The notes beneath the pieces are model-generated. The model did no database searches, was not told the DNA's origin, and was given only the letters and a program-made list of their open reading frames with translations. Both the position numbers and the translations under genes were made by a program. A stretch of DNA of 64,000 nt from Lytechinus pictus (lineage: Eukaryota): the NCBI RefSeq assembly GCF_037042905.1, contig NC_087245.1:43214001-43278000 (forward strand), in the 5' to 3' direction. Within the stretch, counting starts at the first letter, position 1. Each line of letters starts with the position of its first letter. Positions 1-11,543 of the stretch are shown one piece after another.

Positions 1-517
1 CTTGCAATAACTACAAAAATGTGGCCAAGACTGTATCAAGGAGACATCAAGAACAACAAAGCTATGTGTTTCTCCAAGGAAAGACCCTTTCTTCTGAGAT
101 GGACATAAAGAATCAGTTTCCAGCCCATATATCAACATTTGAAGAAGCACAACATATTTTGCTACACTTGATTGTTCACAAGATGAATTCATCCATGTAG
201 CAGATAAACTGACTGTTCACAGCTATGAGTTTAAGCTGGGGTGTTTGGTGTTGACAGAATGGGATAAAAATGGATCCGTGTGTGCTCAACTAAAGAATAT
301 GATCATACACAAGGCAGTTGCCCTGTTTGTCTTGCTTGTGTACGAAACAGAATACCACCACAGACATCTACAGGCATATGCTGTGTCAGAATGTGTGGGT
401 CGAATCAAATTCATGGAACCATTAGATCTTCTAGTGCCTCGTCCTTTGCATATGGTTCGATCACTTGATGTTAATGACAAGTTCAATTATATCATTACAC
501 CATTCCAAATTGTATAA
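1..517 (+). pseudogene. C-terminal part of an EnSpm/CACTA-type transposase (element A), frameshifted near 160
   Basis: Frame from nt 3 reads CNNYKNVAKTVSRRHQ, matching CNFRNIAKTLAYRNQ after the RFEGKH motif of element D. After a shift it continues into ORF 245-517 (HRHLQAYAV...LDLLVPRPL), matching the C-termini of the other transposases (RHFHAYAV, RHLHAYEI). Confidence 0.8.
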
Positions 518-549
518 ATATGAACCCTAGGAATTTCCATTAATCACAG

Positions 550-933
550 GTTCAAGAGCAGCAAGCACAGGACCTGGTGTCATTACCAGCTAATTTACAG
601 CTACCAGTAACCCTAGTCATGTACGAGATGAACTTACCAACAGCATCACCATCATCATCGTCATCATCGTTATCCTTCACCAACTACTCAGCAGCTACTT
701 AAAACCACCTACATCTGGGGGATTATGCTATCTGCAGCACTGATGAGGCAATTTCAATCCCATCTACATCAGGATCTTCACCATTGTATTCAGAACCACC
801 ATCAGATTCCTGTCCATCGGGGCCAGATCCTGGCCCATCTACTTCAGCTAAGTCTGCTAAGCTAAGTCAACGGTCATCAGCAGAAGGACCAAATACACCC
901 CCACCACTTAAGAGACAGAAGGCTTGTTTGTTT
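550..933 (+). pseudogene. Ser/Pro-rich exon of the element A accessory gene, with an in-frame TAA at 700
   Basis: cag|GTT...TTT|gtgagt, phase 0/0. It ends PPLKRQKACLF and lies just after the transposase stop, like the Ser-rich exon ending PPEAKKIKMAH in element D. Confidence 0.65.
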
Positions 934-1149
934 GTGAGTAACAAAATCAAATAGGGGCATTGATCTTTCTGTCATTGAGACTAATTCCTTATGAAGAGAA
1001 GGAGATTTAGATCTAAAAAGATGTACTTTAAATCAAATTTAATTCCATTTTTATTTCTAGTAACTGCTGAATGAATGATTATTCAGATTTGAGACATATG
1101 TAAACAACTATAATGAATCTGATTGACTGGAAAATTGGCACATACGTAA

Positions 1150-1832
1150 AACAAACAAGTCGAGTAGAATGAGAATTAAAAAAAAAAAATTAGCATTATT
1201 ATTATTTTTTTTTATTAATTAGAATTTTGAATATGCAAATTTTTGACGAAATTGGGAGAAAATTGGGATTTTCGTCTAAAATCAAAAGAAATTACAGGAT
1301 TTCTTCAGGTTTTCTGCAAAAGTCCTTTCAAATGATGTTATCTATCATATCCAAGTTTTTTATGCTGTTGAAATGTGTCACTAATTTGCATAAATATGCA
1401 AATTAGTATTCCCGGATTTATACACTTGTTTTCATTCTTACGTATTCTATTGGTTTTTTTTTGTTGTTCTTTGAATTTTTTTTAAAGAAGAATTTATCGC
1501 TCAAATGTATGAATTCAACTAATAACAAAGAAATAATCCAAATTATAATTCGAAGTAACAATAATAACAGATTTGGACTGAGATTACATGGCATCGGATA
1601 TAGGAATTACATAGAAACCTGTACAAAAATTACATTTTTTTGTGACGGACGAGCAATTTATCGACCTGTAAAATCAGTTCTACATGTCCGACCGGGGTGA
1701 ATTATATATCAAAACATGCGGGAGAATTGAGAAAAAAATGTCATGAAGTTTGAACGTGAAATTCCAATCGCTCTAGGTGCACGTCAAAAAACCGACAGGA
1801 GGGCCTAAAAGGCCCCCCTAATGGGATTAGGG
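1150..1832. mobile_element. Partial piggyBac-like non-autonomous element (right end only)
   Basis: Ends ...GGGATTAGGG|TTAA like the complete copies at 13839 and 16975. The left TIR was not found, so the left boundary is approximate. Confidence 0.4.
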
Positions 1833-2121
1833 TTAAGATCCCCATCAGAGGATCATTGAAAATTTGAAAACACGTAACTTTTGAACGTATTGTCAAATCT
1901 TGCTCAAATTTTAAGTTTGTTCATTTCATTTTCCTCATTTACTGACAGGGGTAGCTTTGCCATTAAATACATAGGTACACAACTTTTTGGGAGTGACTTG
2001 ACTTGTAATACTGTATAATCATGTAGAACATAGGGTCTCATACAAAATATACAGGTTAGCAACAGTTGTCTGATTTGCTGAGCTGATTCACATTTTATTT
2101 TTCCTTCTTCTTTTCTTGTAG

Positions 2122-2280
2122 AATGTAGATAATGGAATAGACAGTGATGCGTTTCACCTCCTTGATGATGCGTCCATCACTCAACTGTTACCCAAACTTG
2201 GGGATAAATTGAAGTTCTCCAAGCGATACAAGGAGTTCAACAAATCCAAACAGGATGACACTACTGTCACACTCAAAGAG
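2122..2280 (+). CDS. Exon encoding the C-terminal half of a SAM domain (element A accessory gene)
   Basis: Polypyrimidine tract with AG at 2120-2121 (second AG at 2127-2128). Reads (NV)DNGIDSDAFHLLDDASITQLLPKLGDKLKFSKRYKEF...LKE|gt, homologous to D exon 2 EQEIDQETLLLLDDQAVKADLIKPLGPRSKL. Confidence 0.75.
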
Positions 2281-2310
2281 GTATTCTTCATAACTGAAAA
2301 TTAAACATGA

Positions 2311-3553
2311 ATGGGGCTCTTATGCTTTCGTTGTCATGAGAGTGTACACGGGGGAAGCACTGAATTGGTATGTCATTACAGAGTATTTCATACATTAGTA
2401 AAAGGTGGATTGTTTAACTGTGGAGTTGTTCCGTGTTTTCAAAGAGGGTGTCTTAGAACATTTCAGTACACTTGGTCCTTGAAGAGGCATTTGAACTCTG
2501 CAAACAGTGATTTATTTGACCGTGATCATGTTCATCAAGTTCCATTTTATGTAAATGGAGCAGCAGTTAATGCTATTTTAGATTCAGACTCAGAAGTTTC
2601 AGATGACGGAACTATTGGAGAAAGACATGAAGAGGAATTAGATGTAATCTCTTTGAGGGATATCAAAGACAAATGCTTGCAATATATATGCAATTTGTGG
2701 TCAACATCAAGCATTACAACAACTGCAGCTAACTTGATTACAGATCTTACAAAAGATATATTGGCAGATGTTGTAAACTTTTTTAGATCCAAAGCCAAAG
2801 ACACATTTATTAACCTAGGATTTGATCCTCAGAATGAAGTGGAAATTCAGTCGCTTTTCCAAGATCTACATGAACTAGAAAATCCATTTAGAGAAGTTGA
2901 TTCTGATCACAAGTTCAAAAAATTCTTAAAAGAATCTGAAAAATTTGTGGTGCCAGTAGCTGTACGCCTCGGTGTCGAATACAAGCAGAGAACTAATCCT
3001 GTGACAGGTGCTGTAGAACAGACCCCAATTCAGAAGACTTTTCAATATATTCCTTTGCGATCAGTTCTTAAACTTGGATGTCTGGAGCAGATATTTCATA
3101 TCACCATGAACAGCAAAGAAATGATGGATTGTTAATAGATTTTCAAGACGGCCAGTATTACAAAGCTCATGAGTTCTTCACCCGTTATGTAGTACGTATT
3201 CTACTCTATATATATGATGTGGAAGTAACCAATCCACTTAGTGGAAAAGCTGGAACACATAAACTTGGATGTATGTATATGCCCATCAAAAGCTTACCAT
3301 TGAAATATTTGTCAACATTGGATCAGTGTTATTTGGTGGCACTTTACAACACAGCTGACGCAAAACACCATGGACTTGAAAGCATAGTACGATTTATTGT
3401 GGATGACCTGAAGGATTTGGAGGTTAATGGTATTGATGTTGTCACACCTATTTATAATGGGAATCTTCCAGTAGGACTTGCACAAGTGGTTGGTGATAAT
3501 TTAGGAGTACATAGCCTCCTGGGATTTTCAGAATCTTTTCAGCAAATTATCCC
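2311..3553 (+). pseudogene. N-terminal and middle part of an EnSpm/CACTA transposase (element A), frameshifted and truncated
   Basis: ORFs 2311-3135 and 3078-3593 contain C2H2-like fingers, FQYIPL, DVEVTNPLSGKAGTHKL and AQVVGDNLGVHSLLGFSESF. Shifts occur near 3070 and 3540, and homology ends at about SANYP (3553). Confidence 0.9.
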
Positions 3554-5370
3554 CCCCTCCCACGGTAGGGAGCTCTTGGTATTTTCAACATAGAGGAATA
3601 CCCTTTTCCTTCACTTTAAACTCATTTTCCAACACTTATGCAACCCCTCCCCAACAAATTATTTCTTCTTAATTAAAATTAGAGATTGAAAAGTGAAAAT
3701 TTTCTTGCCATATTACTTTCCACCAATAGAGGGCGTACACAAAAATATGCCCAAAATTCAAGGTTTTGAGCGCTCTGATGAATACAAAAATTATTCCCAA
3801 GTTACTAATGAAAAATAAATTTCAACAGTATGGAAATTAGTAATTTTTGTCACAAAAGTGATATTTTAATGATTTTTTAAAGTGTGAGCTATGTACAGCA
3901 TTGGCATACCATAGTCCTACCTGTAGATTCTCCACAGGCAGGATGGTAGCAGTGAGCCAGTGATGTCAATTATTTCTCAAGCTAGGCTACACTAGCACAG
4001 CTCACATACAGTCAATCATCACGCAACACAGGCATATAAAACAGCATTAGCGCCAATACATGTATACACTCGGGCACTGACAGTTACTCACCAAAAATCC
4101 CCACAGAAAATCCTTATTTCGGTCTGAAAAATGCGGAATCTGTGCCAAATTTCCAAGAGCACCAAGTGGCTTAGTTCAGATTTGAGAAGTGGAGTCTCCG
4201 AAAACTACTCTAAAATGAAAATCTGTGATTTTCTTCAGAGCTCACGATCTTATTTTCTTGCAAATTTAGGATGGTATCTTATAAAATAATCCAATAGAAA
4301 AGGAAATTTTTTGCCATTAAAGTAATACGGCGAGACCTAGTGCCGCGCAGCTCTTTGAAAAATAGTACAAGGGATATCGAAGGTTTGAAACTCGATACAC
4401 ATTTTTCTGAAGCGCCGTGCCCGTGATTCTTAAAAATCTACTCAGTTACACGTCAGAAAGCGACGATGTGCTCTTATTGGATTATAGGTCTAGCACTTAC
4501 TAGGGTGTCTGAAGCCACACTGAAAAGTGTCAGCATAAAACAGGCTGATTTAGGGTAAAATATGGCACATTTTTTCGGGAGATTCAGGCTGCTAGAAAAA
4601 TGTGATCTGAATTGATAATTAACTTGTGTTTGGCATGTATGGAAAGAGAAAATTCAGGCGCTTCTTTAAACAGTAAGGACAATTTTATAGGATTATTTGA
4701 AATAAGGATTTAGAGATAGATTGCAAACCCTTATTTGTGTGTGTGTTGAGATTGCCATTTCCCCATGCGTTTTCTATGGGAAAATGATATTTCTGTTTTG
4801 CACAATTTTTTCCAAATCTCTATAAAAATCATACCATCAGAAAGAGCATAAAAAATCCTATTGGACTCTATATGGACAAGTTTTTGGCATTAATAATAAA
4901 TTTATAACAGCTCTCGGAAGCTAAAAATTTGGATTTGTGTGTGTCCATTTGTTATTAAACTACACAGTCTATGGCAGAGAAATGCTGAAAATTGACCTAA
5001 TTTCACTTTTTTGCAGCCAATAATTGGATTTTCTTTATGTTACATTTCTGTCAGTTTGAAGGTCATTTCTCTTCAAATTCACAAAGAAAACGTGATATTT
5101 TCTAGAAATAAGAAAAATATTTTTTTCTCCAGACACCCTACACTTACTATTATTTGTCACTTGCCTATCAATATAATCCGAGTTCAAAATGACTTTCACA
5201 TATACGGTGTGTAACCCCCCTACACCCCCTGATCCAGGTCTCATAAGCAAATAGGCCAAATATATTGTATTTGTACATTTATTTGCATTAGTCAAATCAT
5301 GTAAGTGAAGCCTGTTTCTTCTGTTGATGTATTGTTGTTTATTAAAGCTCTTGATTCATGATTATTTCAG

Positions 5371-5469
5371 TGTATCCAGTAAAACTTCTGTACAGTTGCA
5401 GCCACTCGAAAGGAGCGAGAAAGAGAAGCTCATGGATAGCTTGTATGATGCTGTAACAAGATACACGTT
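5371..5469 (+). pseudogene. Isolated exon of an EnSpm accessory (SAMD3-like) gene
   Basis: ag|...LERSEKEKLMDSLYDAVTRYTL|gt parallels the B exon LERKWRRKIVSHLYDNMVQVAV|gt, with the donor at the equivalent position. Confidence 0.5.
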
Positions 5470-5541
5470 GTTAGTGGCTGGTTTTTTTTTTGGGGGGGGG
5501 GGGTTAGTTTTCTTGCATGGTTATTTTAGTTGTTGTCTTTT

Positions 5542-5908
5542 ATTTTGCATTTTTGCTAGGAACACATGTTCCTATATTCCATATAATGTTCCATAATTGC
5601 ATTTACCAGTGCGACCATTATAGTTTGGCCACCTTCACTGTGCTCAATGCAAAAAATGGTGCAAGTTTTCACACTGGAGTTGCATACTTGGTGAATCATA
5701 GATAAGAATTGCAACCACCAGCACATTTTGCATTTTTGCTAGGAACACATGTTCGTATATTCCATATAATGTTCCATAATTGCATTTACCAGTGCGACCA
5801 TTATAGTTTGGCCACCTTCACTGTGCTCAATGCAATCAAATGGTGCAAGTTTTCACACTGGAGTTGCATACTTGGTGAATCATAGATAAGAATTGCAACC
5901 ACCAGCAC
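5542..5908. repeat. Tandem duplication of about 183 bp (2 copies)
   Basis: ATTTTGCATTTTTGCTAGGAACACATG...GCAACCACCAGCAC starts at 5542 and again at 5725; the copies are near identical. Confidence 0.95.
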
Positions 5909-6101
5909 AAAATGTCATGGAAAATTAATTCTTGACTGGTGGAGTGAACATTAAAAAACAAAAAATTGCTTGTCCATTTGTATGCATTTTCATACATGTA
6001 TTTAACCCTTTATCTCACAGGGTATTTTCAAACATTTCATTAGGGGGGGTGGGGTGCATTTTGACCCCCGTTAAGATGTTTCCAGCAACTTACTTTTCTA
6101 A

Positions 6102-6565
6102 ATGATATACATACATGTACATCCTATGAACACCAAAGGAGCAAGAAAGGTAGCAGAAACGGCCGCCCTCCGTTTTCTGAAAGAACGCATCTTTCTCACT
6201 AGATGCACGATTGATTCGGCTAAGACGGAATACGAAACTTTAAAAGCCGATATCAAAGAGACTATGCAAGCCCAACATAGTACAGACATTCTGAAGGTTA
6301 ATGAAATTATCTACGCAGATGTTTTCGCTAAATGCAAGAAAAGGCAACAGGCTAAATTTGAAAAGTTGATACAACCCAAATCGAAGAAGGTCACCGCCTC
6401 ATTAGCGAATGAGGATAAATGGGTTGTTAATCTATCCTCGAGACAGATCACCTCCACCGAGGAGCAATTGCTTAAGAAAGGCCTCGCCTTTGCCGTGTCG
6501 CCCCCAAAATTGCCCATTACCGAGATTGTAGCTAAGGTTGAAACCGCGGTCAAGTATATTGATCC
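6102..6565 (+). mobile_element. Penelope-like retroelement fragment (region N-terminal to the RT)
   Basis: KWVVNLSSRQITSTEEQLLKKGLAFAVSP matches the VVNLS..L...E..L.KGL.F...P motif typical of Penelope-like ORFs (recognised from memory). The ORF is cut off at the repeat array. Confidence 0.6.
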
Positions 6566-6834
6566 AGTTTGAAAACGATGGTTATGAAATAATGGTTTTA
6601 ACCGTGGTTTTATGAATGTGTAAAAACTGTGGTTATAAAACCATGGTTAAACATTCGTCTTAGCAAGACTGAAAACGACGGTTATACACCATGATTTTAA
6701 CCTTGGTTTTATGATAGTTTTGAAAATGATGGTTATATAAGTTATAACCATGGTTTTAACCGTGGTTTAATGAAAGTGTAAAAACAGTGGTTACAAAACC
6801 ATGGTTAAATTTTCGTTTGAAAACGATGGTTATA
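6565..6834. repeat. CCATGG-rich repeat array, segment 1
   Basis: Recurrent GAAAACGATGGTTAT and AACCATGGTTTT units; continues after element B at 21682. Confidence 0.9.
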
Positions 6835-7228
6835 CACACAGAAAAATTAGGGTACATTTGGGGTACATTTCGAGACATTATCACCCACGCGATCATATTG
6901 TACCCTTGGGGTACTGGTTTTTAGCCAAGAACAGCGGATTCTTGCGAGGGGTATAATTTTGAACCTTTCTTGTGTTAAGATTAGTGTGGTTTCCAGACCC
7001 ATACATAAGCTTTATATTACATAAATATTAGATAATTCAATTCCCAATGTATGATTAACGCATTAAACATGAATATATATTATTTACTATGCGATTTAGC
7101 CCTAAGATAGTGTCATTCTTGGTAGAATATTTAATACTGTTCAAATTAAAATAAGAATCATCCTTAAATGGGTTTTAAAGATAAGACCATGCCGTCAACT
7201 TTGCCGCCAACTTTGAGCCGGCGTGCAA

Positions 7229-7280
7229 GACGCTCGTGCAAGCTGTGAACGGTGGACGCTCGTGCAAGCTGTGAACGGTG
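7229..7280. repeat. Perfect 26-bp tandem duplication in the presumed 5' leader of B
   Basis: GACGCTCGTGCAAGCTGTGAACGGTG x2, upstream of a GTGAGT donor at 7321. Confidence 0.9.
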
Positions 7281-7780
7281 GTGCAATTTCTCTGGAAATC
7301 ATTGTCAAATCCGTCTAAAAGTGAGTATTTTCAGCCGCTTAGCATCTATTCTCTATGTTATCATAATTTTGCCAGAATATTGATCTTTTACCTGCAAATT
7401 TTTCCAGTTATGAGTAGCGAAACTGCCACGAACGGACGCTGGTTAGAAATTCTGACCAGTCCCACTCCTTCATTTTCGTTGTGGTGCGACTAACGTGAAT
7501 CGAGACATAAAAATTACTAATTACCACTTTGACACTTATTTTTCAACTTCTTTAGTTAATTTCCTTCTGGCCAGAGCAGAGAAACTAAAAAATTGAGGAA
7601 TTTAACAATGAGAGTGTGCATTTAACGTGGAATCTAAATAAATATGCTACATTATAACTTACATAGCCATATGGCATATGTGTAACTGCAACTGTTAGTC
7701 ATTGGATGATACATTTTCATGATTTTATAATTTTCGTTCATCAGTTTGTTTATCATTTGACCAGAACGGTAATTATTGTC

Positions 7781-10690
7781 ATGTTTCCTCAACCTTTGCC
7801 ATTTCGATGCCCATTGTGTGGTATCCATTTACGGTCTCTGCAAAGACTGCTAAGTCATGTAGGCGCAGTTCATCAGCATGAGCCCAACCTTTATATCACA
7901 TGCAATATACAGGGTTGCGTACAAGGGTTTAGCAAATTCCATTCCTATCGATCACATATGTATAGAAAGCATCGATTATTCCTTGATCTTGAAGAGAACC
8001 CTAACCACTTAGCCCAGGAAAATGATGAACAGCATTCTGATGATGAACTTGAAAATTATGGTCACGTGCTTGATGATGTGCAACTGGGAGAAAGAGATCG
8101 TAGTTCAAACAGGGAAATGCTACAAAAGCATTTGGCAATGTTTGCTCTTAAAACTAGGGAGAAATATAATCTCCCTAGAGTAGTTGTACAAGATATCATG
8201 AGTAGTGTACGTTCTCTCGTGTCATTTGTAAATGAGTCCCATACAAGTACCACAGATCACGAAGGTCCTTATAATTTTCCTGCATGTCGAGAACCAGAAG
8301 ATGAACTCAATGATCTTACATGTGATACAATCTTTGAGTCGATTGGGTCCGATTTTCTTCTTGAGAAATATTGCAAGGCCAATTTAGGTTTGATAGAATC
8401 TCACGAAAAGATCTTAGGTGAAGAATTGGTAAATGGTCGGCCGGTCAAACATACAATGCAGTATGTTCCCATTTTTGAGGTGTTAAAACAATACCTTGGC
8501 CAGGAAGATGTATGGGCTAGTATGAATGCCAACTTCATGGAGGTTTCTGATCCTGATATATTAGCAGGATATAAAGCTGGGGCTCATTTCCAGAGTAGTG
8601 AATTTTACTCTGCCCATCCACATGCATTGAGGATTGTGTTGTACACTGACGAGTTCGAAATTGTCAACCCATTGGGGGCAAAACGTGGTCAGCAAAAGTT
8701 GCTTGCAGTGTACTACATGGTGGAAAATATTGAGGCTCAATATCGATCAACCTTGTCAAATATCCATCTTGCTCTCCTTGTTAGGAACAAAATCGCTCAA
8801 AAATATGGATATGAAGGGATACTTAAACCCCTCATCACTGACCTAAAGATTCTGGAAAAAGATGGCATCTTCATAAATGTGAATGGCACAACGCATCACC
8901 GCCTTGGTTCTGTCATTGCAATGTGTGGTGACAATCTCTCGGCTCATGCTGTTGGTGGGTTTTCCAGTTGTTTCAATTCTGGGCGTATTTGTAGGCACTG
9001 TATGGCATTGAAACCTGAGATCTGCACAAAATTTGAAGAAAGTCAGTTTGTTCTCCGAACCACAGAAGTACATGCATATCATTTAAATGCCATTAAAGCA
9101 GACAGTCACAATTGTTCTGTTTATGGTGTTTATCGTCCATGTGTTCTCGATGAATTGCGATATTTTGATGTTACAAAGTGTTTACCCCCTGATCCCATGC
9201 ATGATCTGCTTGAGGGAGTTGTCCATCATGTGATAAGAGTTGTCCTCAAAGAGTTATTAGCGCGTTTTCGCCCAGCGTCGTACGACGTAGAACGTAAGGG
9301 TCGTGTGCAAAAATCGCCAACTTCCATGGAAACAGAGGCCCGAGCGTTCTTGAGCTCAAATCACGGACGGTTCTTCCGCAATTTAGCGGGCGTCCGCATT
9401 AGAACGTAGGATTTGTCAACAGCCGTCAACAGCCAATCAGATCGCTTGTAGAGCGAGCAAGCTGAGCCGATCAAATCGAGCGCGCGCCGACAGCCAGTTC
9501 ATAGAGCGCGGGCGCGGGATTTTCCCTAGTAGTGGTGACGTCATGCAGTCTACGTACTTCCGGTCGATCCGGCCGCGTTCAGCGATTTGCGAAACTGCTT
9601 ACAAGCGAGAGTTGAGCGCGACGGACGCACGAACCAAGAGATCGTTCTACGTCGTAGATAGCGTCGTACGACGCTGGGCGAAAACGCGCTAGTGACACAA
9701 CGATGTTTGAATTTTTCCAGTAGTAAACTGCAGAAGAAAATGGAAGAATTTAAATATGGTAGTAATGATGCAATGAGCAAGCCCGTTGTAATTCAGGCCA
9801 AAAATGTGAAGCACAATGAGCCCAATATAGTTGGTTCTGCGTCACAGAAACTATGCTTGTTCAGGCTATTGCCTTTTTTGATAGGTGAATTTGTGCCTGA
9901 AGATGCAGATATATGGGAGCTTTATCTTTCTTGCAGAGAGATTGTGGATATTTGCCTCTCACCCATTGTAAAGAAATCATGGCTTCCATATCTGCAGCAA
10001 GAGGTAATCGATCTAAGTGAATTGTTTGCAAAATATTCACAAGATCAATATCCTTGCAAACTTCATTATTTGATCCATTACCACAGACATCTTTCAGACT
10101 TTGGACCTCTTAGAAACTTTTGGTGTATGAGATTTGAATCTAAGCACCAATATTTCAAGAATCTATCGTCTGTGGTCCGTAACTTTAGAGATGTTGCCTT
10201 AACCCTGACAACACGTCATCAGTCTCTCCAATGTTGGCAAATGAATGCAGGGTCATTTTTCCAGCAGCAAGAGAGTGCTCTTAGTAATTGCAGACAGATT
10301 TCAGTGCTTAAACTGCCTCGTGCTCTCCAAAGAGTTTTGACTGAAATGAGTCTTGTCCACGAAGGCAATTTGTGGAAGACAAATTCTGTGCAAGTAAATT
10401 CCATGACTTATCAAGATGATGATGTTATCATCATAGATATAAAGCATGAAGAAATTCCTGTCTTTGGGAAGGTTAAGCATATTTTACAATGTGACACACA
10501 TTGGTATATATGCATCAAGGAGTTTGATACGTGCAGATTTAACAGGCATCTTCATGCATATGAAATTGGTGTAACAGAAAGATGGAGTGTGATGAAGGCA
10601 GGACCAAGAAGGGATTTCCAGAGTCTTAGTCTTTATGAGATAGATGACAAGTGCATGGTATCGTTGAAACATAGACCTTTGTTGTTGTAA
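7781..10690 (+). CDS. EnSpm/CACTA transposase of B (825 aa when restored), interrupted by a 430-bp MITE
   Basis: Two C2H2 fingers, YTDEFEIVNPLG, GDNL, CRHC, PPDPMHDLLEGV and KLHYLIHY...FGPLRNFWCMRFESKH. 7781-9259 joined to 9692-10690 is in frame (KELL|VTQR). Confidence 0.92.
9260..9689. mobile_element. GC-rich MITE inserted in the B transposase
   Basis: 28-bp perfect TIR GCGCGTTTTCGCCCAGCGTCGTACGACG, with TA on both sides (9258-9259, 9690-9691). Superfamily uncertain. Confidence 0.92.
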
Positions 10691-11543
10691 GGAAAATTGA
10701 ATCTTGCCCTCTATTAACCTATTTTCAGCATTTCATGCAATTATTGCTATTTTTGTGGTGTGTTCAGAAAACAGTAGAGGTCCTGTGCTGTCCAGTTTCT
10801 TTTTAGGTTTCTAGTAGTTTTTTATTTCTCTCCTTCTTTATATACTTTTTCGTTTATCTCATACATGTGTCATTTGTCTCTGACAAAGGTTCTGCTAGGA
10901 CTGACTGCTCAGGCTCTTTTACTTCGTGTTTTTCCAATTAACATATATTGTATTTTGTGGTTCTATAATGGCTACAATTTAAATGCTCATCTCACCTAGC
11001 AAAGAAGATTTTTTTTTAATAGTCTAGATACTGAGTCTGAATAAGTATCTAACATATTTTCCAATGCGTTCAAGTAGTTTTGCTACTCTCTAAATGGTAA
11101 ATTAACAATTGAATGAATAAATTAATGTATATATAGAGAGAGATGTAGGTTGATTATACAGCCACTATCATGGCAATTTTGGGGTGAGAGTGCATCGACC
11201 CAGCTTGTCAGTTGGTCATCTCTAAGCCGGCTAAAAGGTATGTATAATCCTCTCTGAATGTCAGTGTGATACGATTTTGATGTTGATAGTGTGAAATTCA
11301 CAAATTTGTCATGAATAGTAGAGGTGTCGTGGTCTAGATGTGAATTCCTGGGACTTTCTGGCAAGAAATTTTACTACATCTGCCACTTTCACCCAGGTGC
11401 TATTGTTCATGGCTACTCTATATAATAAGTGCAGTACAACAAACAATAATACTTCTCAGATATTTTGCGCACTGTTTTGCTTCAACAATACACCCAATCA
11501 AGACAATCAATGACATATCGTGCATATTTCTTTCTTCCTTTAG

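Noticed and set aside
7410-7441. MSSETATNGR exon as the first coding exon of the B accessory gene
   Set aside because: The donor gives phase 2 while the acceptors at 11543 and 11551 need phase 1 or 0; the start exon is left unresolved.
7706-7780. ORF-track N-terminal extension of the B transposase (and the similar 57832-57879 extension in E)
   Set aside because: Comparison with A and D puts the start just before the first zinc finger, so ATG 7781 and ATG 57880 are preferred.
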